DNA of 64,000 nucleotides from Cetorhinus maximus (Eukaryota): NCBI RefSeq assembly GCF_964194155.1, contig NC_135899.1, positions 31,806,001 to 31,870,000 of the forward strand, read 5' to 3'. Shown piece by piece: positions 38,690 to 51,127 of this stretch (position 1 is its first letter; each line of letters starts with the position of its first letter). The notes under the pieces were generated by a model. It saw only the letters and a program-made list of their open reading frames with translations, ran no database searches and was not told where the DNA came from. The position numbers and the translations under genes were made by a program.

Positions 38690-41405
38690 TAGTATGACTA
38701 GAATAAGCCAACATGGTTTTCACAGTATCACAGTATCTTGACAGTGCCGAAGGAGGACATTTGGCCCATCGAGTCTGCACTGGTTCTCTGAAAGTTTTAT
38801 AAAAGGGAAATCCAGTTTGACAAATTGATTTAGAGATTTTTGAGGATGCATCTAGTAGGGTAGATAAAGGTGACTGATAGAAGTATTATACTTGGATTTC
38901 CAAAAACACATTCGATGAGACGCCACATAAAAGGTTAATATGCAAAATAAGAGCTCATGGAGTTGGAGTGATATATTAGCATGAATAGAGGATTGTTTAA
39001 CGAATAAAAAAACAGAGAGTGGGCATAAACAAATTGGCAGTTTAGTGCGGTGCTGCAAGGATCAGTGCTGGGGTCTCAGCTAATTGCAATCTATATTAAC
39101 TTAGACAAAAAGACAGAATGTATTTAAGTTTGCAGATTGATTCCTGGGATGGCAGGATTGTCATATGAGGAGAGATTGGGTCGACTAGGCCTTCATGAAA
39201 TTCTGACAGGGCTGGACAGACTGGATGCAGGGACGCTGTTTCCTCTGGCTGGGAGTGGTAGTCTAGAACAAGGGGTCACAATCTCAGGATACAGGGTAGG
39301 CCATTTAAGACTGAGATGAGGAGAAACTTCTTCACTTAGATGTGGTGAACCTGTAAAATTCTCTACCACAGAGGGCTGTGGAGGCCAAGTCACTGAATAT
39401 ATTTAAGAAGGGAATAGATAGATTTCTAGACTCTAAAGGCATCAAGGGGTATGGGGAGAGAGAGGGAGTATGGTGTTGAGATAGAGGATCAGCCATGATC
39501 ATATTGAATGGCGAAGCAGGCTCAAAGGGCCGAAAGGCCGACTCCTCTTTTCTATGTTTCTATGATCCAATGCTAGGTAGAAATGCAAGCTGTGAGGAGG
39601 ACACAAAGAGGCTGCAAAAGATATAGATAAGTTAATTGAGTGGGCAATAAGGTGGCAGATGGAGTATAATGTGGGGAAGTGTGAGGTTATTCACTTTGGT
39701 CATCAGAATAGAAAAGCAGAATATTCTCTAAAAGGTGTGAAACTTGTAAACGTTGATGTTCAGAGAGACTTGGATGCGCTCCTGCAAGGAACACAAAGTG
39801 AGCTTGCAGTTACAGCAAGCAATTGGGAAGGCGAAATCCTTTATTGTAAAGGAATTGGAGTACAAAAATAAATAAGTTTTAAGATGACATCTGGTATACT
39901 GTGTGCAGGTTTGGTCTCCAAATTTATGGAAGGATATACTTACATTGGAGGGGGTACAACAAAAATTTTCTAAATTGAGTCCCGTGATGAGCGGGTTGAG
40001 TAAATTGGGTCTACATTCTCTGGAGTTTAGAAGAATGAGAGGTGATCTCATTGAAATATTCAATATTGTTTTATATATCAGTATTGCTGGGGAAGCAGTT
40101 ATAATTCAATGTTGAAGGCAATAATCCATTCAATGTCTTCAGCTGACACAGTGTGAATGGTTGTGACACCATCAGGAATGGATTGCTCAGGGCAGGAGTT
40201 CAGTATATGAGCAATAGTCTTTGGAGGACCACAGTCACAATCTGAACTGGTCCTCTTGTTCTGTTTGTAGAGCAAGTGGCCATATCTTCCGTGGCCCGTC
40301 CTCAAGCGGCTGAAGGTTGTCCACATTTTTCATGGCAGGTTGAAACCTGGGACTTCACCCACTCGGGTCGATTGCCAGGTTGGTGATGTTTGCAGACATC
40401 CCGGAGGTGTTCCTTCGAAAAGTGGGGCTGTCATCAATTTTTAGGGTGTGGGGTGTATTCCACTAGGGGCTACGGGATTTCACACAGGTGATGGGGGTTT
40501 TTTTGAGGTCCTGTGTCAATGGGAGTGCTGTTTGCTTCATTGGCTGTCAGCAGATGGTGTTCTCTGAGGAGGATGTTTTCCCTGCAGACATCAGGAGGTT
40601 CGATGTGTGTTAGCACAGGAAGACTCTCCAGCCTGAAAAGTCCCAGAATAATCCTCGTCTCTTCCCGGAGTTGAATATCTACCATGTTTGTGTGGCAGCT
40701 CCTGAGCCAGTTTGAACAGCAGTACTCTGTTGGGTAGACCAAGGCGAGTGAAGCAGATCTAGGTGGTACCATCCAGTTGCCATACGAGATCCACTCTCAC
40801 CTTGACCTTGGCTGCGGTGATCTGGAGGTGTTGCTGGTGGGTCAATGTGCGATCAAGAGTGATGGCAAGATTTTTTGGCGTTCATGGGTGAGTGGTCGGC
40901 CACAGTACTGGACATGCAGTACTTCCCTGGCCTTCGAGTTGAAGGGAAGCAGCGGCCTTCAAGTGATCCTCTTGTTCAAAGGAAGTTTTCCAAATTGAAA
41001 ACCTGCAAACGAATGTTATCAAAGAAGGCGACCAAACCCTGGTCACAGGGCTTCTGGTCCAAGCAGTAACAACACAAAGGAAAATTCAAGATTCTAAAGG
41101 GGATTGACAAGGTAGATACTGAGAGGTTGTTTCCCCTCACCGGGGAATCTAGAATTTGGGGGACATATCCTTAGGCTAAGAGGATGATCATTTCGGACTG
41201 AGATGAGAAATTTCTTCAGCCAAAGGGTTGTGGATGTGACACCATTGAATATATTTTAGGCTGAGATGGACAGATTTTTGATCTCAGGGAGTCGCGGGAA
41301 ATGGGGAGCGGACTGGAAAGCTTAATTGAAGCCGATGACCATATCAAATAGCAGAGCAGGCTCGATGGGTCGTATGGCCTTTGTTCTTACTTCATATGTC
41401 CTTAT
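38690..41405 (+). mobile_element. Nested CR1 elements (a second CR1 3' end at 39137-39565), interrupted by a Vingi-like LINE
   Basis: CR1 RT motifs (HGF..KGKS.LTN, LDFQK, KFAD) resume after each insertion. Confidence 0.75.
40065..41075 (-). mobile_element. Ingi/Vingi-like LINE 3' fragment
   Basis: RSASLALVYPTEYCCSNWLRSCHTNMVDIQL..LPVLTHIEPPDVCR and WTTFSRLRTGHGR..CDCG..TIAHILNSCP (CCHC). Confidence 0.7.
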
Positions 41406-42553
41406 GTTAATAACCTCAGCAGTGACTCACTCTGAACAATGTTACGTACAATGAGATCTGCCAGTGAAGATCTGCCAGTGAACATCTGCTCTCCATATAG
41501 GGAACAGCAAGATAGAATAATTGAAATCAGTGAAGGAGATGTTATCTGAGGAAAAATCTCCCACATTGGATACAGCTGGATGGAGTTGGTTTGATCAGGG
41601 AAGTAGAGTTAGGAAGTATTTTATTAACTGAGGGAAATAGCTACTTTCCATATTGGAAACAGCTGGATAATATCATTTGTCAATTAGGTGTTCCCTTATT
41701 TCTCATTATTTATTCCAGGCTGAAATAGGCAACAAAGCCAATTGCACACTATTATATCTATTTTCCCCACACTTTTCCCTTCCTTTCCAGCTTGATCTTG
41801 TTTCCTTTCCTCTGTTAACAGCTCTTCTTTCCTCACAGCCTGAGGTGTCAGCTGTGGCTCAGTTCATAGCACCCTCGCCTTTGAATCAGAGGGTTGTGGG
41901 TTCATGTCCCACTCCCGGAAACCAAGAACTGTGATTGTACTCGAAAGAGATGCAATCTGTGACTGTTGATAACTCGAAAGAGTTTCCTCACAGCCTTTGT
42001 TATTATTGCAACCTGTTGTTTGACTACATTCAGAGACTGAATTCTATTCAGATACCCAGGCTTGGCCTCCTTTATGAGACTGAATGAGCAGCTCAATATA
42101 ACCTGGTGTTGATAATGGGTTTGCCCTGAGAGCTATTTCTTCAAGTTTTAAAATGCACTCAGATGATTTTTCAATCAGTTTGAACATAACGTCCTGAACA
42201 TCAGTGAATTCCTGCTGAAGTTTCTCCATGATTTTCTCCAGTGTCATCTTTTCACCCGGTGCCTTCTCATACTTTTCTTTCAGCTCATTGTATGTCCTCT
42301 TCTCTTTTCTGATTTTATATTCAAACCTGTACTTTTGGTTGAAATGATCTGACCAGATACATTTATTAGGACATGCTGTGCAGGATCCATTGATGCACAT
42401 CTCTTTTTATCACTATCATTAGGCATTTGACAGGGGTCGTGACAGGTGAAGTGACATTCCTGACAGCTGCTTATGTAATTACAGCTCCCACAGATATCTT
42501 TCTTTACTGCAACTGTGACTTCAACTTCACACCTAAAATCTTTATTTGCATCC

Positions 42554-43826
42554 TGTTATGGACAGGACGAGGCTTAATTTAAACAGGACTGATTTCGCCT
42601 CTCACCAGCTGTCCGTAAACAGAAAGCAGTTTTGATTTGTTTCCCTCTTTATAAGTGGTGGCATATTTCCCAGCCCTCAGTTTTGGTGCAATCCAATTTT
42701 CCATTAATAACCTCAGAGCAAACTTGATATAGGATGAACTCAAAGGGTTAGTTTATTTGCACAAACTCAAAATGCAGGAAGAGGGTTGCAATGTCACCAC
42801 ACTATGGGAGGTGGTGGCATAGTGATAATGTCTCTGGACTAGTAATCCAGAGACCCAGGATAATGCTCTTGGGATATGGGTTCAAATCCCACCACAGCAG
42901 CTGGTGGAATTTGAATTTGGTTAATAAATTTGGAATTGAAAGCTAGTTTCAGTCATAGTCATTATCATCGATTGTTGCACAAACCCATCTGGTTCACTAA
43001 TGGGAAGGAAATCTGCCATCCTTACCTGGTCTGGTCTGCATGGGCCTACATTGCAATGTAGTCCTCTGAAATTACCTAGCAAGGGCAACTGGGGATGGGC
43101 AACAAATGCTGGCCTTGCCAGCGAAGCCACATCCTATGAAAGAATTTTTAAAAACTCAGACAGTAAAAAGAGGGATAGAGAAAAGAAGGATTTACAGCAC
43201 AGAGACCACAGAGAAAATAAATATTGGTTCACATGGGTTCCAGAATCAAAGTCTAATGAGGTATTCCTTCACAAGCCAGAGGCCCATGTCACATGACTCC
43301 CACCTCTCCACACTGTCTTCGACAAAGGATATGTGTTTCTCATCTGGGTCCCCGGGATAGTTAAATGTCTCAACCATTAAGAATTCAAAGGAAGGTAGTG
43401 GGCCCCTTTGTCCTACCAGACGAGCAGACTCCTGTTAGCTGAAACAAAAACAGAAAATGCTGGAAAAACTCAGCAGGTCTGACAGCATCTGTGACGAGAG
43501 AAAAACAAATTTAACTTTGAGTCCGTATGACCCTTCTAACCCTGCTGTTAGCTGGCCTGGGTTATGAAATGCAGATGACCTTTGTATAGCTCTCTTTGAA
43601 TTTGGTCTGCAAGTCGGAGGGGACCATTAGTGGATCTTCAGGGAAAACGATGTGCAAGCTTCCCCAATGCTGCCAGGTATCTTCTTTTGTTCGATGGCAC
43701 AGATAGGCATAGCTTCGCCTATTTTAGGTTTTTGTCCAGTTTGAAGTTTTTAGAGAGATAGCAATGAGCATATCTCCATATATTTTATAGAAAAAAATAT
43801 ACAGGGTGAGGTCTTAGTCCCTAACA
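42554..43826. mobile_element. Solo-LTR-like insertion in the toxin-GTPase exon, containing a nested SINE (42806-43140)
   Basis: Terminal inverted match TGTTATGGAC / GTCCCTAACA (9 of 10); host frame HQVDL|DANKDF rejoins across it; no TSD seen. Confidence 0.7.
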
Positions 43827-43982
43827 AGGCAAATCGACCTGGTGTTGGTTCAAAGCCTGCTGTATTCCTGATCTCCAGTTTTGTCAAACCCTCATTGATC
43901 TGAAGCTGCAATCCTTCTACTGCAGCCTCTAGCAGCTGACACTCCCTAAGCACCTCCTTTGTAAAGCTTCAACTCTTTGTTT

Positions 43983-44852
43983 CTATTTGGCTGCGAGCTC
44001 AAATTTTTTTTTCATACTGTTTGATCCCACCTTTGTGAACATTGCATCAAAGTTATCACCATTCTCTTCCTCGTCTTCATGATCATCAGGGCTCCCCTTG
44101 TTGGCAGAATTTCCAGAAGCTGAACTTGGAGAAAATATGGCTGAATTGTTGAACTTGAAGTGAATTGGAAAACCTTTTTTATCTTTGGGACGCAGTTCCT
44201 CAGCAACATTGATGGCCTCCAGAATGGTGGGAACCTGCCCACCTGCAAATGTCACCAGGATTTGGATGTTCTGTGTAATGTCTTTGCCAAAAATGGAAAG
44301 AATTGAATCAAAGACGTATTTCTGTGCATGAGTCAAGCGAGCCAAAGAGGCTTGAGCAACAAAACACATGGCGTCGATCTGATCAACACCAGCTGGGGAA
44401 GTAAAAAACTCTCGGATCTGATCAATGATCAATTTATCTCGGGTTATCCCCCTGGTATCTCCAAATCCTGGAGTGTCAATGATAGTGAGAGAGTAATCAA
44501 TCTGGAATCCTTCTCGATGGTGGAGTTCATAGGCAGTGATTGAGGATGTCTGACTTTCAGCCTGGGATCTTCCCGTCCCTTCGTCTATTAATTTATATCT
44601 GAAGTTGTCCTCCCATTCCACACCCAGGATGTAGTTGATCATTCCATTGATGAGGGTTGTTTTTCCTGCTCCTGTTGCTCCAAGAACCATAATTGTCCTC
44701 ACACTATGTTTTTTGGTAGGTTTTCCGAAGGAGCATTTTACACGGTGTCCATCCTTGTCAATTGTCTTCTTCTCTAAGGGGATTGTGTAAATGGAAGGGT
44801 TCCCTTTGAATGTTGATGTACTTTCTCTGCGAAGTTTCTCAGTCAGTCTCAT
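43983..44852 (-). pseudogene. P-loop GTPase segment of the fusion gene
   Basis: G1 GATGAGKT (44658-44681), G3 DTPGFGDT, LVTF and FKFNN motifs in the 289-aa ORF. Confidence 0.88.
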
Positions 44853-44869
44853 TGGCTCATTTTCTATTT

Positions 44870-46400
44870 CTATTGATGCACTTCTCCACAGTCAGCAGAC
44901 ACTCGCACTCTGTAGTTTGTCTTGGGTTTCAGTCCCTCTAAAATGTAACGACATTCACTGTCTGTTGTCTTTATTTCCTCCCATAATCCATTCTCTGTGC
45001 TGGAGGTAATTGCCCTTCCCTCTCTATATTCTATCCTGTACTGAGCTATATCAACACCAGCTCCAATCTCAGTCGGCCTGTCCCAGGTGAGTATTGCATC
45101 ATACCAGTAAGCCTGGAGTGGTAAAGATTTACCAGGTGGACTTATGGGAAATGTGGTAACACAGGAATTCTCACTGACCATGCTGACCCCTCCCTTAGTC
45201 ACTGCTCTGTATTGGAATTGATACTCCTGGTCTGGCTGTAACTGAGATATTGTGTAGGAATCAGATTTATCCAATGTATCCACAGTTGTCCATTCCTCCT
45301 GTTGAGTAGCTCGGTACTCCACCTCATACCCAACAATCTCACCAGCACCGTATCTTGATGGCTGTAATTGGAGTGTCACACTATCACGTGTTGTTCCACT
45401 AACCACAGGTCTCTCTGGCTGTGACGCGAGTTCGAAGCAATGACTCACCACAATCCCTCTCCCATACAGGTAAATCGATGCTCCTACATTACTGTCATCC
45501 TGCACAGAAGCAACAATGAACTTTGTTTTCTCTCGTGCTCTGTTGGCTGTGAAAAAATCCAGGAATAATTGAGAGCGTTCCCTCATCTTCTGGGATACCG
45601 ACACCGAGTTAAACCACTGCTGGTTGTGATGTTCTGCACTAACCCGGTTAGCAGGATTTGGTATCTGCATTTCCTCAGCTGTGAAAGATTGTAGGTAGCT
45701 GTCTGCTCCTGACAGATAGAAACCCTCTTGATGCAGTGATATGAATGTGAAGCAGACCACATACTCTGTCTCTGGATTCAACACTTCTCTATCCAACTCA
45801 CTCCTTGATTTCACAACGTGTATATCTTTCATTGTTGTGAGAGAAGATCTCACCACATTCATTTCCCACTCCTTGTCATCCAGCCATTTGATCAGTGACT
45901 GGTGTTTGACTGGTGACTGCTCCTTGTTCTTCAGAATATCCACCAGTAACCCTCCCTCCTCCCCACCGCCTTGGTTAGATGGTAACACTCTGGCTAAAGT
46001 CTTCTGGAAAACCAGTTTGTACTCCCGACACATCTCTTGGAATTTCGTTATCCTGTTCCCAATCTCTGGAAATTGAACAGTGACACTGTCTCTCATCATA
46101 TCATTGCATCTCATCACTGTCTCATTGAGCTGCTCCAGCACAGACTGGGAGCAATTGACCAGTCCGATACTTTTGTCTCGTACCAGCTGAGCAGCTTTAG
46201 AGTCCAATTTGTTGAGTGGGTAGAGCCAGACCCTCATGGGCACTGTGTGCTCTCCATCTGGTCCCAGTAATTCTGGGAAAGTTCTGTAGATTTTGATGGC
46301 ATCTTGGAACGTGGTGGAATTGTTTTCCAGGGAGAAATCCCCATAAAAGGTGCTGCTGAATTTCTGAACATTTTTGCTTTGATCCTCATCTGCAGTCTCA
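44870..46400 (-). pseudogene. Stonustoxin-like helical/thioredoxin-like region + two FN3 domains
   Basis: 457-aa ORF plus in-frame upstream FSSTFYGDFSLENNSTTFQDAIKIY. Confidence 0.82.
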
Positions 46401-46849
46401 GGAACTTTTTAAACCCCCCCACCCCAAGTTACCCTGAATATCCTGCAGGTTCTCTGTTGAAGTGACCTCTTGATCAAACAGAAAGAAAGCCTGAGCCCTG
46501 TAGAGCACTGCTGCAACCACATGAGTTGGTAGGTTACATTCTGTCGCCCTAAGTGGCTCGTTGTTGGCTGCTCAAACTTGGTTGTTGTTCAATACTGAAG
46601 GGTCACTCCAGCCTGTTGCTTCGATCTCTTGGTATCATTGAGATATTTTGCAGATCCTTTCACCTCTACCAATCCATCCAAGAAATTTGCTCTCAATGAT
46701 CCGCTAACATTCAGTGCAAAGGCTTTTATCTCAATGGAGTCAAATGCAATAATGTGAAACTCTTATGCTGAGGCCTTGCATCAAGCTCTTTTTGTTGGGT
46801 CTCTAAGTCCCACGAAGTTATCCCTACAAACGAAACATTCAATAAATAT

Positions 46850-48505
46850 ATTAACAGTTCCCCACAAACGACTGAATAAGGTCAGAGAATGCAGAGTCAG
46901 GGGCCCAGTGACACAATAGATTGCTAGCTGGCCTCAAGTGGCAGAAGGTGGGAAGTGGTTCACAAGGATCAGTGCTGGGATGACTGCTGCTCAACTGATA
47001 TTGCAGGGCTCCCTGAAAATGACCAATGATCAAAGCAAAAATGCCAAGAAATTTGCATTCACGATTTGGATATTGGAATGAAAAATACAAATTTCTAAAT
47101 TTACAGATGGCACCAAAGTGTCGGGGGCAGGGGGGGTGGGGGGTGGAATTCAGCACTGAGGACGACCGTAACAAATTACAAGAGGATATCAATAAACTTG
47201 CAGAATGGGCAAATATTTAGCAAATGAGGTTCAATACAGATAAACGTGAGGCCTTATGTTTTATACAAAGAATAGGGAGGTTAATTATTACTTGGATGTT
47301 GCGTCAAAGTGGGGTAAAGAAACAAAGGGATCTCAAAGTACAAAAACATCAGTCATTTAAAAACTGTACCACTTGTTAGCATGGCCATATAAAAAGAGAA
47401 AGCTATTTCTGGAGAGATGCAATTGAAAAGTAGGGAAGTTATGCAAAGTCTGTTAAATCTGCTAACCTTGGTTAGACACACTTAGAATACAGCATGCAGT
47501 TCTTATTATTATTTGATGTAAAAGATATAGAGGCACTGTTGTGAGTGCAGATAAGATTTACTATGATGATAACAGAAATGCAAGCGTAGTATCAGGAAAG
47601 GATAAACGGGTTGGGTCTCTTTTTGGTTAACAATAGGTGGCCAAGGAGTGACGTTATAGAGTTTTTTTAAATTATGAAAAGTTTTACTAGAGTGAATACC
47701 GAGAAACTGTTCTGACATGTGGGGACAAGCATTACCAGAGGCCTTCAATATATGATAGTCATTAAGAAATCCAATAGAGAAATCAGAAGAAACTTCACCC
47801 AAAGAGTGAAGAGAACGTGAAACTCGCTATCACAGGGCGTGATTGAAGTGTATAGTATAAATGTATTTAAGGAGAAGCTAGACAAGTATCTGAGGGAGAA
47901 GGGAATAGGGGTTAGCAATGATATATTTAGATGAGAAAAAAATGGGAGCAGGCCGGAGGGCAGCATAAACACCGGCTTGCACTGTTGGAGCTGAATGGCC
48001 TGTTTCAAGCCGTATATACTATGTAATCCTATGTAATCAGATCATCTATTTGGACAGGATCACTGGCCTCTTACAGAAATTAATTGAAAATCTGATGGAG
48101 AGAATCACATGGCTCCTACAGAGACTTCCTTGGAGAAGGTTGAGAGGATATTTGATAGAGGTATTCAAAATTGAGAGGAGTCTGGACAGAGTAGATGGGG
48201 ACAAACTGTTCTCACTCGTGAAAGGATCAAGAATGAGTGGGCACAGATTTAAAGCAATTTGTAAAAGAAGCAAAAGCGATATGAGAAAATCTTTTTTATT
48301 CCTTGGGTGGTTAGGGTCTGGAATGCACTGCCTGAGAGCATAGTGGAGGCAGGTTCAATTGAGGCATTCAAGAGGGAGTTAGATTGTTCTCTGTAAAGGA
48401 AGAATGTGCAGGGTTATGGGGAGAAAGTGGGGAAATGGCAGTAGGCGAAATGCTTATTTGGAGAGCCAGTGGAGACACAATGGACAGAATTGTCTCCTGC
48501 ACTGT
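46850..48505 (+). mobile_element. CR1 LINE fragments
   Basis: Decayed GSGSQGSVLG, KFTDGTK, KLQEDINKLAEWA text and two CR1 3' ends. Confidence 0.75.
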
Positions 48506-51127
48506 AAAAATAAAAAGAAAAAAATTTTGTTTAATCACCATAAACACCTCAATTAGATTACCCATTAATTTTCCACATTCAAGAGTATACAAGCCCAGAT
48601 TATGCAACTTCTCCACATAATTAAACCATTTTAACCCCTGGTGAATCTATGCTGCACTCCCTCCAAGGCCAATATATCCTTCCTGAGGTGTGGTGCCCAG
48701 AACTGAACACAGTTCTCCAGATAGGGTCTAAACAGAGCTCTGTACAGCTGGAACATAACTTCCACAAGGACACAGTTGGCTTTGGGGAGGAGAAGTTGTG
48801 GGTTATCTTTTCTCTTCAGGATGGTCCTGGAGTAATGAGCAGTTTTGGTAGAGGAAAGCAGGACCATTTGTGCTTGATGTGGTCCAGTCAGATCTGGTGA
48901 TGAATAGCGAAACCAATTGTGTATCAGATATGCTCAAATATTCACCACTTGGACTTGAGAAGTAGGGAAATCTACCAGGAACAAGGGTGAAGAAGGTGGA
49001 TATGAGGGAGTGATTAAACCAGATTGACGGCTACAGAAGCATTGTGGTGAATGGGCGGTCAAAGGGAATTAGAAAGCACTGTCCAACTCAACCTGAGGGA
49101 AGAGTGTCTTCTAGGAATGGAAACTGGTCCATGGACCCACGTGACCGCTGGATCTCTGTAACCATCGGTGGGTTTGTATGGTGGAAACTAGCTCCATCCT
49201 GTACCACTAAAGGTCGGTGTCATTTCTGACCATTGGAATTGGGAGTCAGACTAAAGCACAGGGATTTTAAAGAAACTTCTATGTGTATAATTCTGAGGGA
49301 GTTTCCCCTGATGTGATTGAGCATGTGTTAGTAAAGTGAGCCAGCTCTGAGGAGTGGGTATGGGGTAGAATCGGACTCTGCTTTAATTATGTAAATTATA
49401 GACAGATCGTCTTCAGCAGATGGGTGTTTGACTAATACCGTGGGGAATGTTTGTACTCTACTGTCGAGGAGGACTACTTCCTGAGTATGGTGAGGGAGTG
49501 GGGGCGAGTCTTTACAGACCCGAGTTCCCTCAGCCCATCATACCTCGATGTAATAACGGTGTGATACGTCCACCTTACACTCTTCCAAGATTCATTTCAT
49601 GTTCTGGGAAAGATCTTGAGTCATTTTCAAATGCTTTGTAATTTTGGTTGATTCAAAGTTTGATGTAAGCTGAATATTGTATTGTTTGTCTGCTGTTCTA
49701 TCAATATTCTGTATAGATTTATAACTTCCAATATTTTTTTTTTCTTAGCTTAACCCAGAGTACTTGATTTGACAGCATGGTACGTTCCTATTCACTGAAA
49801 CACTCTGCAGCCTACAGTAAGAGTCCCGTACACGATATATTGGTCAATGTCACTGTGGGCTGGTATACTTTCTCCATCAATGGGTTTATAATTTCCAGTT
49901 CACATGAAGCAGAACATTTCCCTGAGAAAGAAAGAATTGTGTTTCTGTATCACTGCTCATGAACTTGGGACATCGAAAAGCATTTCACAGCCAATTGAGT
50001 GCTTTTAAAGTGTAGTCACTGTTGTAATGCAACAAACATGATAGCCAATTTGCGCACAGCAAGCTCACACAAACAGCATCATGATAATGACCAGAGAATC
50101 ATCTTAATTGTGACATCCATATCGGCTAGGACATTGGGGGGAGCTCACCACCTTTCTACAACGTAGTGTCGTGGGATCATTTATGGTGCCCTGAAAGGGC
50201 AGATGGGGCGTGGGTTTAACTCATCTGAAAGATGGTACCTCTGACAGTGCAGCACTCTCTCAGTACTGTACTGGAGTGTCAGCTCAGGTCTCTGGAGTGA
50301 GACTTGAACCCACAACCTTCTGACTCAGACTCTGGCTAACTAAATCACGGCTCTCAATTTAAATATGTCTGTTGTATTAGATTCAGTTTCTAAGTGGTTA
50401 AGTCCCAAGGCTGTGTACAGAATGCTTTCCCCCTGTAAACTGGCGGCCTGAAAGTTTGATTTGATTTAAAGTGATAACTAGTTAGAGCTGCAGGTATCAG
50501 TGTTGTCTTTGTGTCTGGGTTCCTGAAGCTGTGGAAGGTGGTAAAGTCTCCGGTGTCAGCTGGAATGGACATCTTAAGGGATTGTCTTCAATCAGCACTG
50601 CTGATTAACCATTCTGCTTTCATTCACTCATGAAAGTTCTATTGTTTAGGCACAGTTCTAACAGTCTGTCAGGAATAAAACTCAAGGAATAACCCACTCT
50701 TCCCAGGAAAGCTCAGTGTTAGTTTTAGTGAGGTTTTTGAGCGTGTTTTCAAATCCCTCCATGGCCTCTCCCCTCCCTATCTCTGTAATCTCTTCCACCC
50801 CTCAGTCCTGCACTGGAGTGTCAGCCATGATTTTTTGTGCTCAAGCCCTGGAGTTGGACTCGAATCCACAACCCTCTGACTCAGAGAACAAGGTTGTGGG
50901 TCCAAGTCCAAATCCAGATGGATTATTCCATGAACATGGATTAAAGTTGTTGTCAGGGCCACACGAATAATTCCTCAGGCTCTGGGCTCCCTGTACAAAC
51001 CCCACCCACCATTTATTGAAACACAAACATGTAAATTGAGTGAAAAAATTACCCTGTAGATGTTTACACACTGCAATGATCATAATGCACAACCCTTAAA
51101 TAAAACTACTTCAATTGGTCACACACA

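Larger units (their letters stand above)
41902..46823 (-). pseudogene. Stonustoxin/verrucotoxin-like pore-forming module + 2x FN3 + septin/AIG1-like GTPase + Cys-rich/coiled-coil fusion gene, disrupted
   Basis: Acceptor tttgtag| before 46823; GITSWD..GLVEVKGSAKYLND..VTLQY*..THVVAAVLY.AQAFFLFD..FYGDF..VPMRVWLYPL; FN3 motifs (Y.VEYR..W, L.PDQEYQF, LKPKTNYRVRVSA); GATGAGKT, SQT, DTPG; frameshifts near 46760, 44870, 44000, 42405, 42075; internal stops; solo LTR insertion. Confidence 0.85.
31765..51120 (+). repeat. Segmental duplication unit 3, interrupted at ~36945-48527
   Basis: 31765-36945 and 48528-51120 are colinear with units 1 and 2. Confidence 0.85.

Noticed and set aside
49915-49945. Minus-strand splice acceptor (ttctttctttctcag) conserved in three units
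   Set aside because: The pyrimidine tract is the simple-repeat tail of the adjacent SINE; no exon support
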